Shown here: positions 37,357 through 49,900 of the stretch, in pieces
Numbering within the stretch: the first letter of the stretch is position 1
Layout of the letters: every line of letters starts with the position of its first letter
DNA from: Eledone cirrhosa
Taxonomy: Eukaryota
DNA length: 64,000 nt
Direction: 5' to 3'
Assembly: GCA_964016885.1 (NCBI GenBank)
Contig: OZ024745.1
Location: 44,764,001-44,828,000 of the forward strand
The notes under the pieces: model-generated
Databases searched by the model: none
The model's input: only the letters and a program-made list of their open reading frames with translations
What the model was told of the DNA's origin: nothing
Position numbers and translations under genes: made by a program

Positions 37357-38301
37357 TCGATTCTATGAAGCAGATTTTCCTATTGTCCTTTCACATCGAA
37401 TTCCTTCGTTTGTTGATTTAGATTCTGTTGTTGTCATTCCATGAGTGGTCAAGAATTGAACACGTCACTGGTATTTCTAGCCACTCATGGTTGCCCATTG
37501 CTTGCATCTTCTCCATCTTCCCTGTCAATCAAAATTTCTCCATATATCAGAATTACTACTGTAATACTACTGTAATATTGAATGGCTATATATATATATA
37601 AATATATATATATAGAGAGAGAATGTACAAACAGCTGCGAAAAAGAAATCAATACATCTTTAGCAGGTTATCTTTACTCTGTGTGAATATATTACTTTAA
37701 TACTTGAAGATAAATTCTATATAAGTTTACTACTACTACTACTACTACTTATTTCTATTCATTTTTTTAAACTTTTAACCTAAGCAACTTCAACTTAGAA
37801 TACGAACCTTTGAGCTTAATTACTTAGAGAGACCATCCACATGAAAAACAATAGTTAAGTTAATGTTAACATACTTTAGACAATTGTATGCTTTAGAAAT
37901 CTAATTAGAAAATTTTATGGCTTACGTAGTGAGGAAAAGACAACATTAGCAAAGTGACAAATTATAATTCAAAACCTTTCTCCAGTTGCAGTGCACTGTA
38001 AAGAGAGTTGGAATTTGAAAATAATACACATAACAATAGGTGGCAGAGGAGAGGTTTGGTTTTATGTTAATTTAAAATATAACAATGCAATCCATTTTTT
38101 GACTCATTTAGAAAATATTTTCACCTTTGACACCTTATTTTGTTGAAAATTATGAACTTCATTCATTGTCTGTATATCTATATCTATATATATATATATA
38201 TAATTTTTTCTTTTTTTTTTCAAAAGTATATATTGAGTTAAAAACTCACAATAGTCTTCTATAATCAAAATAGCTCAAGGAAAACAAAAAATTCCGAGCC
38301 T

Positions 38302-38457
38302 TATAATACAGTAAAGAGAGACGAACACAGATATATAACTATATGTGTTCAAATCACGAGGGACAGAAACTGCCAGGGTGAAGAAAACACTGACTAGAAT
38401 AGTGATTTGAACACATATAGTTATATATCTGTGTTCGTCTCTCTTTACTGTATTATA
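38302..38457. mobile_element. Hairpin MITE, perfect 56-bp inverted arms, Tc1-like TA|CAGT...ACTG|TA
   Basis: 38302-38357 is the reverse complement of 38402-38457; 44-bp spacer. Confidence 0.8.
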
Positions 38458-38629
38458 TATATTTCAACCTAACTATCTATCCCATCACATTTATATATGA
38501 TAACTATTCACTTGTATAAGAATGAGACCATCACCGACAATTAAACTTCTATATGTCTTTTAACACAAAATGATGCACCAAATTTTACAGTGACTCAAAA
38601 TACTGACTCAAAACACTGACAAACGATCA

Positions 38630-38775
38630 CCTGGGATTTTTACTTTATTTTATTGACCCTGGAAAAATGAAAAGCAAAGTTGATTTCAGTGGGATTTAAA
38701 CTCAGAATGTAACAAGCCAGAACAAATGTTGTAAGGCATTTTACCTGATGCTCCAATGAATCTACCAATTCACCA
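38630..38775 (-). mobile_element. Degenerate tRNA-derived SINE
   Basis: ATGAAAAGCAAAGTTGATTTC..GGGATTTAAACTCAG. Confidence 0.65.
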
Positions 38776-39093
38776 TGTTCTGTAGTTCAACTCCTGTAGG
38801 AAAAAAATGAGTGGAGAGAGAATTCTAAAGAGTGTCTGTTCTGTGGAGGAATGATGGAGCGAAATATTTAGTAGGAATCTGAGAGAGAACAAATAGAATT
38901 AGCAAGATGAACTGAAACATGCATTGCATTGGTTTTTGTGGAGGTGGTATTGTTTAGAAGATTAAAGACTTGCAATAGCAGTCAAAGAAGCAGCATATCT
39001 ATTGAATCTTTTATTTAATGTATATGTCTATTGACAGCACTGACTTGGATATATGAACAATATTCTAATATAAGTTGTAATTAAACTCTTTAA

Positions 39094-39303
39094 CCCTTTA
39101 ATGTTCAAACCGGCCAGAATTCTCTACCTCTTTCTGTTGAAACTGGCTGTAACTGTTCGCTCAAACTGATGTTAAGGTATTGTTCTCAAAATAAATACTT
39201 TCAAAATCTCATAGATTCGATATTATGTGAGATAATTATGCGAGGTAAAGCCTTTACCATGAAAATATAATAGTATATATAGAGTAATGTGAATGCTAAA
39301 GGG
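39094..39303. mobile_element. piggyBac-type MITE
   Basis: TTAA|CCCTTTAATGTTCA ... TGAATGCTAAAGGG|TTAA. Confidence 0.8.
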
Positions 39304-40029
39304 TTAAGAGGTAAATAACTTATCTTAGATGAAGTATTACTTTGAAGCGGAAATGACCATGAATGTCTTTGGGAGCTAAACCCTTTTCCTGCAGGTACTT
39401 GATAACACCATGATGCCAAATTTTGTACATTTTCAAGACAAGTTGTTACTAGTTATTTTTGAAGTTTTCTTTGGACAGTCAGATGTCAGTTTACCTGGAA
39501 AGAAATAATGCAATTATTAATAAGAATTGAAATTAATGCATGCAAGATTTCATAGATCTAGCATCATTGCTTTAGGGGTATAGTTTTAGCAATGTGTTAA
39601 CAAATGTAAGGTCTCTGTGAGAGGGTGACAGTAATTCTAAGATATAGCATTGGTAGCGACTACGTAGGTGTCAGTCATGTAATCTATGTAGGCCAAGGCT
39701 GCTTCTTTGATATTTATATCATGTGATTTTACTCTCAATCTCCATCATTGTTGGGTTCAATATTCTCCTGTTATTACTTCTATGTCTCTCTCCCATAAAA
39801 TTCATATTAAGCTTTTTGTTCAAATCTTCCCCCAAAATAACTCTGGTTAATGTCTATATTCCATGCTTGTATGGATGAGATGGGCAGTGATGTTATGAAT
39901 TGAGATAGGTCAAGTAATCATGCCATTTTTGGTTGAGCTTTATACAGTTAGATACCCTCCTTAATGCCAACCACTTCACAAAATGTACACTGAGTATTTT
40001 TGCAGCACCAGTACTATAAACTTAGAGAG

Positions 40030-40455
40030 CAGACTGAGTACTTTTTATCATGGCACCAGTATAACCAACTTACAGGGTGGACTGGGTACTTTTTATGACA
40101 CCAGTATGACCAACTTACAGGGTGGAGTGGGTACTTTTTATGACACCAGTATGACCAACTTACAGATTGGACTGGGTACTTTTTATGACACCAGTATGAC
40201 CAACTTACAGGTTGGACTGGGTACTTTTTATGACACCAGTATGACCAACTTACAGGTTGGACTGGGTACTTTTTATGACACCAGTATGACCAACTTACAG
40301 GTTGGACTGGGTACTTTTTATGACACCAGTATGACCAACTTACAGATTGGACTGGGTACTTTTTATGACACCAGTATGACCAACTTACAGGTTGGACTGG
40401 GTACTTTTTATGACACCAGTATGACCAACTTCCAGAGTGGACTGAATGCTTTTTG
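40030..40455. repeat. 45-bp minisatellite, ~9 copies (GGACTGGGTACTTTTTATGACACCAGTATGACCAACTTACAGGTT)
   Basis: Visible directly; gives the 15-aa period of ORF 39983-40564. Confidence 0.92.
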
Positions 40456-40473
40456 TGGTGGCTCAAGAATTCA

Positions 40474-43018
40474 ATCATCATCATCATCATCATCAACGTT
40501 TAACGTCCGTGTTCCACGCTTGCATGGGTTTGGACGGGGGTTTTCCCACTTGAGGCAAGAGTGATTGTCTCGCTCGCATAGGACTGTCTGGTGGGTTTTC
40601 TACAGTTGGATGCTCTTCCTAACACCAACCACATTTACAGTGTGGGGCTGGGAGGTTTTTACCGTGTTGCCTACACGGCCACATTACAGCGTGGACTGTC
40701 TGGTGGGTTTTCTACAGCTGGATGCCCTTCCTAACACCAACCACATTTACAGTGTGGGGATGGGAGGTTTTTACCGTGTTGCCTACACGGCCACATTACA
40801 GCGTGGACTGTCTGGTGGGTTTTCTACAGCTGGATGCCCTTCCTAACACCAACCACATTTACAGTGTGGGGATGGGAGGTTTTTACCGTGTTGCCTACAC
40901 GGCCACATTACAGCGTGGACTGTCTGGTGGGTTTTCTACAGCTGGATGCCCTTCCTAACACCAACCACATTTACAGTGTGGGGATGGGAGGTTTTTACCG
41001 TGTTGCCTACACGGCCACATTACAGCGTGGACTGTGTGTTTTTTTGTCGTGACACCTACACGATCTCATTTGTTTCGGCCTGGATGTTGTGGCACCAACA
41101 TAACTTTACATTGAAAGGGGCGGTGTGGATGGGGTGGGACGGGGGTGGGACGGGGGTGTATTTTGTTAGAGATGCCTACTTACTGTAGTAGGTTTTACTT
41201 TGTATTTAGGTAACGCGGGTCTTCTCTATTACTGAGTACCGCCAAAGGTCTCGGTCCAGTGACATTGTCTTGGAGAGGTGTAAGTGTGTGAGGTCGGAAT
41301 TTATCAGCTCGTCCCAGGTTTTTCTGGGTCTGCCTACTCCGTAGCTACCGTCTATCTTTATTGCCCTGCACTTTGTTATACAGCTGTCGTCTTTCATGCA
41401 CATCACGTGACCATACCAACGTAGCCTTCTCTTGAGTAAACAACATCTGATCCCTCTTATTTCTAATTTTTTCCTTAGTTCGCTTATGCTTTGCCGTTCA
41501 CGTATGTTACTATTACACATCCAGCGGAGCATGCAAGCTTCGTTCCTCTCTAGTCTGCGTATATCCTCTGCACACAATGCCCAGGTCTCACTGCCATGCA
41601 ACATTGCTGTTCATATGCATCATACAACCTGCCTTTCATTTTTAGGGAGAACCCTTTAGTGGCTAACAGTGGTATAAGCTCTCTGAACTTTTTCCATCCA
41701 GTTCTGACTCTAGCTACTGTACTTTCAGAGCACCCTCCCCCACTGCTGATTTTGTCACCCAGGTAACGGAAGCTGTCCACTATTTCTATAGAACCCTCTG
41801 CGCAATTGAAAGAGCTAGTATTTTGTGGGCACTTGCTGTTACTTATTGCATCAGAGCACCGGCCACATGTAAAATCTATGTTCTTAGTTAGCTTACCTGT
41901 GATCCCACTACTTCTTTTATGTACCCATACTTTGCATTTGGGACATAAAATGGAGTTTCTACCTACGCCTTTCCTACACACTGAGCATGGCCATTTTCCG
42001 GAAGGGACCTCTGCCTTATTTTCTTTCTTACAAACTAGAACTTTAGTCTTAGCCAGGTTAATTTTAAGGCCTTTTGATTCTAGGCCGTGCTTCCATGTTT
42101 GGAATTTCTTCTCTAGCTCGGCCATTGATTCAGCTATGACCGTTAGATCATCTGCGTATAGGAGTTCCCATGGGCAGCCGGTCTTGAACTCCACTGTTAT
42201 AGCCTGAAGGGCAATAATAAATAGTAGGGGGCTAAGAACAGAGCCCTGATGAACACCAACTTTTACACTAAACTCTTCACTATATTCGTTGTTAATTCTA
42301 ACCTTGCTGACTGTTTCTTTATACATGGCTTGTATAGCTCTCATAAGCCATTCGTCAACACCTAGTTTTCTAAGAGCCCACCAGATAATGGAACGGGGGA
42401 CTCTGTCAAAGGCTTTCTCCAAGTCAACAAAAGCTAAGTATAGGGGTTTACTTTTAGCTAGGTACTTCTCCTGTAGTTGTCGTACAATGAAAAGAGCGTC
42501 TGTGGTACTTTTGCCTGACACAAAACCGAACTGCATTTCATCTAGATCAATTCTCTCTCTGATTAGTTGCACTATAACTTTTTCCGTGACCTTCATGACC
42601 TGGTCGATTAATTTAATGCCTCTATAGTTACTCCTATCTAGGGCATCTCCTTTACCCTTGTAACAGTTAATGATGATGCTGCTACGCCAGTCCTTCGGAA
42701 CAACCCCATTCTGTATGACTTGGTTTATTATCCGGGTAACCATGGTGTGTCCCACCGTTCCAGAGGCTTTCAGCATCTCAGCAACTATTTCCGAAGGCCC
42801 AGCCGCCTTACCCATCTTCATATCTTTGATTGCCTTACTTATTATACTACCTTCGACTAACACTGCCGGTCCCTCTATTGGGTCGATGTGGGGGAAACTG
42901 TCTTTCTCCCATTTATTCTCCTCATTTAGAAGCCTTTCGTAGTGACACTTCCAAGCAACCTTATCAGCGTCAGTGATGGCAAGTACGCCATCATCATTAA
43001 GTACACACTTCTCCAATA
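40474..43018 (-). mobile_element. 5'-truncated RTE LINE with uninterrupted RT core, same family as 17745-21935
   Basis: ORF 41550-43025 has AFVDLEKAFDRV, GVHQGSVLSP, YADD and FRYLG. One frameshift near 41620; (GAT)n tail. Confidence 0.95.
40581..41028. repeat. Four tandem 112-bp copies within the RTE 3' UTR
   Basis: GGACTGTCTGGTGGG starts at 40581, 40693, 40805 and 40917. Confidence 0.93.
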
Positions 43019-43264
43019 TGGACATTTATTATATCAAATATCATCCCTATATCTATTTGTCTCAGTGATAGAGGACTTTAAGTGGATGTATTCAGTTTAG
43101 TAAATATTTAAAAAAAAAAAAAGACGTTTCATATATATTAGTGACCTCACAATGCATTTTCAGTGAAGAAATATTGCAATAAATCACCAGACAAAAATCT
43201 TTGCATCATCATCATCATTTAACATCTATCTTCCACGCTAGTTATAATTTAGTTATAATCTTTT

Positions 43265-43400
43265 ACATTCCGAGTTCAAATCTCACTGAAGTCAACTTTA
43301 CTCTTTCATTCTTCTGATGTCAATAAAATAAGTACCAGCTAGCTGCTATAACCTCTCCACAAAAGTTGCAGCCTTGTACTTATATAAGAAATTATAATTT
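43265..43400 (+). mobile_element. Degenerate SINE
   Basis: GAGTTCAAATCTCACTGAAGTCAACTTTAC...AAGTACCAG. Confidence 0.6.
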
Positions 43401-43450
43401 AACAGATTTGTGATACACATATCAATAGATAACCATAAACAACTGACCAT

Positions 43451-43636
43451 GTGGATTGGCAGTATCGGTAGAGGGTCGGACGCCATGCTTTCCAGCATAG
43501 TTACGTCCCTTTACGATCTGAGTTCAAATCCCGCCGAGGTTGACTTTGCCTTTCATCCTTACGGGGTCGATAAAATAAAGTACCAGTAATGCACTGGGTA
43601 ATTGCTGGCCTTGTGCCTAAAGTAGAAACAATTATA
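43451..43636 (+). mobile_element. tRNA-derived SINE, young copy
   Basis: Near-identical to 17431-17612. Confidence 0.92.
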
Positions 43637-43678
43637 TTTAGCAGCCATCACATAAATCAAATAGATCATATATATATA

Positions 43679-43798
43679 CAGAGGCCACCAATAAAATGTA
43701 CACACACTTCAGGAAAAAAATATACGTACATATATTCAATTGTTCAACAGTACATTTATTACATTGAGATATCTCAACATGGAAATTCATCTTTTGTA

Positions 43799-43862
<64 letters not shown>

Positions 43863-43955
43863 TGATTGGGGGGGGGGGGGGTATTTAAAGAAGTTAAATA
43901 TTTATACAAGTGTTTCTTTTCCTGAAGTGTGTACACACTTTTTTGGTGGACTCTA
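43679..43955. mobile_element. Tc1/mariner-type MITE with internal microsatellite
   Basis: TA|CAGAGGCCACCAATAAAATGTACACACACTTCAGGAAAA and the inverted TTTTCCTGAAGTGTGTACACACTTTTTTGGTGGACTCT. Confidence 0.72.
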
Positions 43956-43992
43956 ATTCTCTTAGTTGGTTTTACAGCAGCATCTGCTAATG

Positions 43993-46900
43993 GGTCCCTT
44001 TAACACAGTCCACTTAGTTTCACATCTCTATCTGCTCCTTGGGTACCTTTAACAGAGTCTGTTAGGTTTCACATCTCTATCTGCTCCTTGGGTACCTTTA
44101 ACACAGTCCACTTGGTTTCACATCTCTATCTGCTCCTTGGGTACCTTTAACACAGTCCACTTGGTCTCACATCTCTATCTGCTCCTTGGGTACCTTTAAC
44201 ACAGTCCACTTGGTTTCACATCTCTATCTGTTCCTTGGGTACCTTTAACACAGTCCACTTGGTTTCACATCTCTATCTGCTCCTTGGGTACCTTTAACAC
44301 AGTCCACTTGGTTTCACATCTCTATCTGCTCCTTGGGTACCTTTAACACAGTCCACTTGGTCTCACATCTCTATCTGCTCCTTGGGTACCTTTAACACAG
44401 TCCACTTGGTTTCACATCTCTATCTGTTCCTTGGGTTCCTTTAACACAGTCCACTTGGTTTCACATCTCTATCTGCTCCTTGGGTACCTTTAACACAGTC
44501 CACTTGGTTTCACATCTCTATCTGTTCCTTGGGTACCTTTAACACAGTTCACTTGGTTTCACATCTCTATCTGCTCCTTGGGTACCTTTAACACAGTCCA
44601 CTTGGTTTCACATCTCTATCTGTTCCTTGGGTACCTTTAACACAGTCCACTTGGTTTCACATCTCTATCTGCTCCTTGGGTACCTTTAACACAGTCCACT
44701 TGGTTTCACATCTCTATCTGCTCCTTGGGTACCTTTAACACATTCCACTTGGTCTCACATCTCTATCTGCTCCTTGGGTACCTTTAACACAGTCCACTTG
44801 GTTTCACATCTCTATCTGTTCCTTGGGTACCTTTAACACAGTCCACTTGGTCTCACATCTCTATCTGCTCCTTGGGTACCTTTAACACAGTCCACTTGGT
44901 TTCACATCTCTATCTGTTCCTTGGGTACCTTTAACACAGTCCACTTGGTTTCACATCTCTATCTGCTCCTTGGGTACCTTTAACACAGTCCACTTGGTTT
45001 CACATCTCTATCTGTTCCTTGGGTACCTTTAACAGTCCACTTGGTCTCACATCTCTATCTGCTCCTTGGGTACCTTTAACACAGTCCACTTGGTTTCACA
45101 TCTCTATCTGTTCCTTGGGTACCTTTAACACAGTCCACTTGGTTTCACATCTCTATCTGCTCCTTGGGTACCTTTAACACAGTCCACTTGGTTTCACATC
45201 TCTATCTGTTCCTTGGGTACCTTTAACACAGTCCACTTGGTTTCACATCTCTATCTGTTCCTTGGGTACCTTTAACACAGTCCACTTGGTTTCACATCTC
45301 TATCTGCCCCTTGGGTACTTTAACACAGTCCACTTGGTTTCACATCTCTATCTGTTCCTTGGGTACCTTTAACACAGTCCACTTGGTTTCACATCTCTAT
45401 CTGTTCCTTGGGTACCTTTAACACAGTCCACTTGGTTTCACATCTCTATCTGTTCCTTGGGTACCTTTAACACAGTCCACTTGGTTTCACATCTCTATCT
45501 GCTCCTTGGGTACCTTTAACACAGTCCACTTGGTTTCACATCTCTATCTGTTCCTTGGGTACCTTTAACACAGTCCACTTGGTCTCACATCTCTATCTGC
45601 TCCTTGGGTACCTTTAACACAGTCCACTTGGTTTCACATCTCTATCTGTTCCTTGGGTACCTTTAACACAGTCCACTTGGTTTAACATCTCTATCTGCTC
45701 CTTGGGTACCTTTAACACAGTCCACTTGGTTTCACATCTCTATCTGATCCTTGGGTACCTTTAACACAGTCCACTTGGTTTCACATCTCTATCTGTTCCT
45801 TGGGTACCTTTAACACAGTCCACTTGGTTTCACATCTCTATCTGTTCCTTGGGTACCTTTAACACAGTCCACTTGGTTTCACATCTCTATCTGTTCCTTG
45901 GGTACCTTTAACACAGTCCACTTGGTTTCACATCTCTATCTGCTCCTTGGGTACCTTTAACACAGTCCACTTGGTCTCACATCTCTATCTACTCCTTGGG
46001 TACCTTTAACACAGTCCACTTGGTTACACATCTCTATCTGTTCCTTGGGTACCTTTAACACAGTCCACTTGGTTTCACATCTCTATCTGCTCCTTGGGTA
46101 CCTTTAACACAGTCCACTTGGTTTCACATCTCTATCTGCTCCTTGGGTACCTTTAACACAGTCCACTTGGTTTCACATCTCTATCTGTTCCTTGGGTACC
46201 TTTAACACAGTCCACTTGGTCTCACATCTCTATCTGCTCCTTGGGTACCTTTAACACAGTCCACTTGGTTTCACATCTCTATCTGTTCCTTGGGTACCTT
46301 TAACACAGTCCACTTGGTTTCACATCTCTATCTGCTCCTTGGGTCCCTTTAACACAGTCCACTTGGTTTCACATCTCTATCTGTTCCTTGGGTACCTTTA
46401 ACACAGTCCACTTGGTTTCACATCTCTATCTGCTCCTTGGGTACCTTTAACACAGTCCACTTGGTTTCACATCTCTATCTGTTCCTTGGGTACCTTTAAC
46501 ACAGTCCACTTGGTTTCACATCTCTATCTGCTCCTTGGGTACCTTTAACACAGACCACTTGGTTTCACATCTCTATCTGTTCCTTGGGTACCTTTAACAC
46601 AGTCCACTTGGTTTCACATCTCTATCTGCTCCTTGGGTACCTTTAACACAGTCCACTTGGTTTCACATCTCTATCTGCTCCTTGGGTACCTTTAACACAG
46701 TCCACTTGGTTTCACATCTCTATCTGTTCCTTGGGTACCTTTAACACAGTCCACTTGGTTTCACATCTCTATCTGCTTCTTGGGTACCTTTAACACAGTC
46801 CACTTGGTTTCACATCTCTATCTGCTCCTTGGGTACCTTTAACACAGTCCACTTGGTCTCACATCTCTATCTGCTCCTTGGGTACCTTTAACACAGTCCA

Positions 46901-49900
46901 CTTGGTTTCACATCTCTATCTGCTCCTTGGGTACCTTTAACACAGTCCACTTGGTTTCACATCTCTATCTGCTCCTTGGGTACCTTTAACACAGTCCACT
47001 TGGTTTCACATCTCTATCTGTTCCTTGGGTACCTTTAACACAGTCCACTTGGTTTCACATCTCTATCTGCTCCTTGGGTACCTTTAACACAGTCCACTTG
47101 GTTTCACATCTCTATCTGCTCCTTGGGTAACTTTAACACAGTCCACTTGGTTTCACATCTCTATCTGCTCCTTGGGTACCTTTAACACAGTCCACTTGGT
47201 TTCACATCTCTATCTGCTCCTTGGGTACATTTAACACAGTCCACTTGGTTTCACATCTCTATCTGCTCCTTGGGTACCTTTAACACAGTCCACTTGGTTT
47301 CACATCTCTATCTGTTCCTTGGGTACCTTTAACAAAGTCCACTTGGTTTCACATCTCTATCTGTTCCTTGGGTACCTTTAACACAGTCCACTTGGTTTCA
47401 CATCTCTATCTGCTCCTTGGGTGCCTTTAACACAGTCCACTTGGTTTCACATCTCTATCTGCTCCTTGGGTACCTTTAACACAGTCCACTTGGTTTCACA
47501 TCTCTATCTGTTCCTTGGGTACCTTTAACACAGTCCACTTGGTCTCACATCTGTATCTACTCCTTGGGTACCTTTAACACAGTCCACTTGGTTTCACATC
47601 TCTATCTGTTCCTTGGGTACCTTTAACACAGTCCACTTGGTTTCACATCTCTATCTGCTCCTTGGGTACCTTTAACACAGTCCACTTGGTTTCACATCTC
47701 TATCTGTTCCTTGGGTACCTTTAACACAGTCCACTTGGTCTCACATCTCTATCTACTCCTTGGGTACCTTTAACACAGTCCACTTGGTTTCACATCTCTA
47801 TCTGTTCCTTGGGTACCTTTAACACAGTCCACTTGGTTTCACATCTCTATCTGCTCCTTGGGCACCTTTAACACAGTCCACTTGGTTTCACATCTCTATC
47901 TGTTCCTTGGGTACCTTTAACACAGTCCACTTGGTCTCACATCTCTATCTGCTCCTTGGGTACCTTTAACACAGTCCACTTGGTTTCACATCTCTATCTG
48001 TTCCTTGGGTACCTTTAACACAGTCCACTTGGTTTAACATCTCTATCTGCTCCTTGGGTACCTTTAACACAGTCCACTTGGTTTCACATCTCTATCTGAT
48101 CCTTGGGTACCTTTAACACAGTCCACTTGGTTTCACATCTCTATCTGTTCCTTGGGTACCTTTAACACAGTCCACTTGGTTTCACATCTCTATCTGTTCC
48201 TTGGGTACCTTTAACACAGTCCACTTGGTTTCACATCTCTATCTGTTCTTTGGGTACCTTTAACACAGTCCACTTGGTTTCACATCTCTATCTGCTCCTT
48301 GGGTACCTTTAACACAGTCCACTTGGTCTCACATCTCTATCTACTCCTTGGGTACCTTTAACACAGTCCACTTGGTTACACATCTCTATCTGTTCCTTGG
48401 GTACCTTTAACACAGTCCACTTGGTTTCACATCTCTATCTGCTCCTTGGGTACCTTTAACACAGTCCACTTGGTTTCACATCTCTATCTGCTCCTTGGGT
48501 ACCTTTAACACAGTCCACTTGGTTTCACATCTCTATCTGTTCCTTGGGTACCTTTAACACAGTCCACTTGGTCTCACATCTCTATCTGCTCCTTGGGTAC
48601 CTTTAACACAGTCCACTTGGTTTCACATCTCTATCTGTTCCTTGGGTACCTTTAACACAGTCCACTTGGTTTCACATCTCTATCTGCTCCTTGGGTCCCT
48701 TTAACACAGTCCACTTGGTTTCACATCTCTATCTGTTCCTTGGGTACCTTTAACACAGTCCACTTGGTTTCACATCTCTATCTGCTCCTTGGGTACCTTT
48801 AACACAGTCCACTTGGTTTCACATCTCTATCTGTTCCTTGGGTACCTTTAACACAGTCCACTTGGTTTCACATCTCTATCTGCTCCTTGGGTACCTTTAA
48901 CACAGACCACTTGGTTTCACATCTCTATCTGTTCCTTGGGTACCTTTAACACAGTCCACTTGGTTTCACATCTCTATCTGCTCCTTGGGTACCTTTAACA
49001 CAGTCCACTTGGTTTCACATCTCTATCTGCTCCTTGGGTACCTTTAACACAGTCCACTTGGTTTCACATCTCTATCTGTTCCTTGGGTACCTTTAACACA
49101 GTCCACTTGGTTTCACATCTCTATCTGCTTCTTGGGTACCTTTAACACAGTCCACTTGGTTTCACATCTCTATCTGCTCCTTGGGTACCTTTAACACAGT
49201 CCACTTGGTCTCACATCTCTATCTGCTCCTTGGGTACCTTTAACACAGTCCACTTGGTTTCACATCTCTATCTGCTCCTTGGGTACCTTTAACACAGTCC
49301 ACTTGGTTTCACATCTCTATCTGCTCCTTGGGTACCTTTAACACAGTCCACTTGGTTTCACATCTCTATCTGTTCCTTGGGTACCTTTAACACAGTCCAC
49401 TTGGTTTCACATCTCTATCTGCTCCTTGGGTACCTTTAACACAGTCCACTTGGTTTCACATCTCTATCTGCTCCTTGGGTAACTTTAACACAGTCCACTT
49501 GGTTTCACATCTCTATCTGCTCTTTGGGTACCTTTAACACAGTCCACTTGGTTTCAGATCTCTATCTGCTCCTTGGGTACATTTAACACAGTCCACTTGG
49601 TTTCACATCTCTATCTGCTCCTTGGGTACCTTTAACACAGTCCACTTGGTTTCACATCTCTATCTGTTCCTTGGGTACCTTTAACAAAGTCCACTTGGTT
49701 TCACATCTCTATCTGTTCCTTGGGTACCTTTAACACAGTCCACTTGGTTTCACATCTCTATCTGCTCCTTGGGTACCTTTAACACAGTCCACTTGGTTTC
49801 ACATCTCTATCTGCTCCTTGGGTACCTTTAACACAGTCCACTTGGTTTCACATCTCTATCTGTTCCTTGGGTACCTTTAACACAGTCCACTTGGTTTCAC

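Noticed and set aside
39983-40564. 193-aa ORF with 15-aa repeats
   Set aside because: Translation of the 45-bp minisatellite derived from a retroposon tail.
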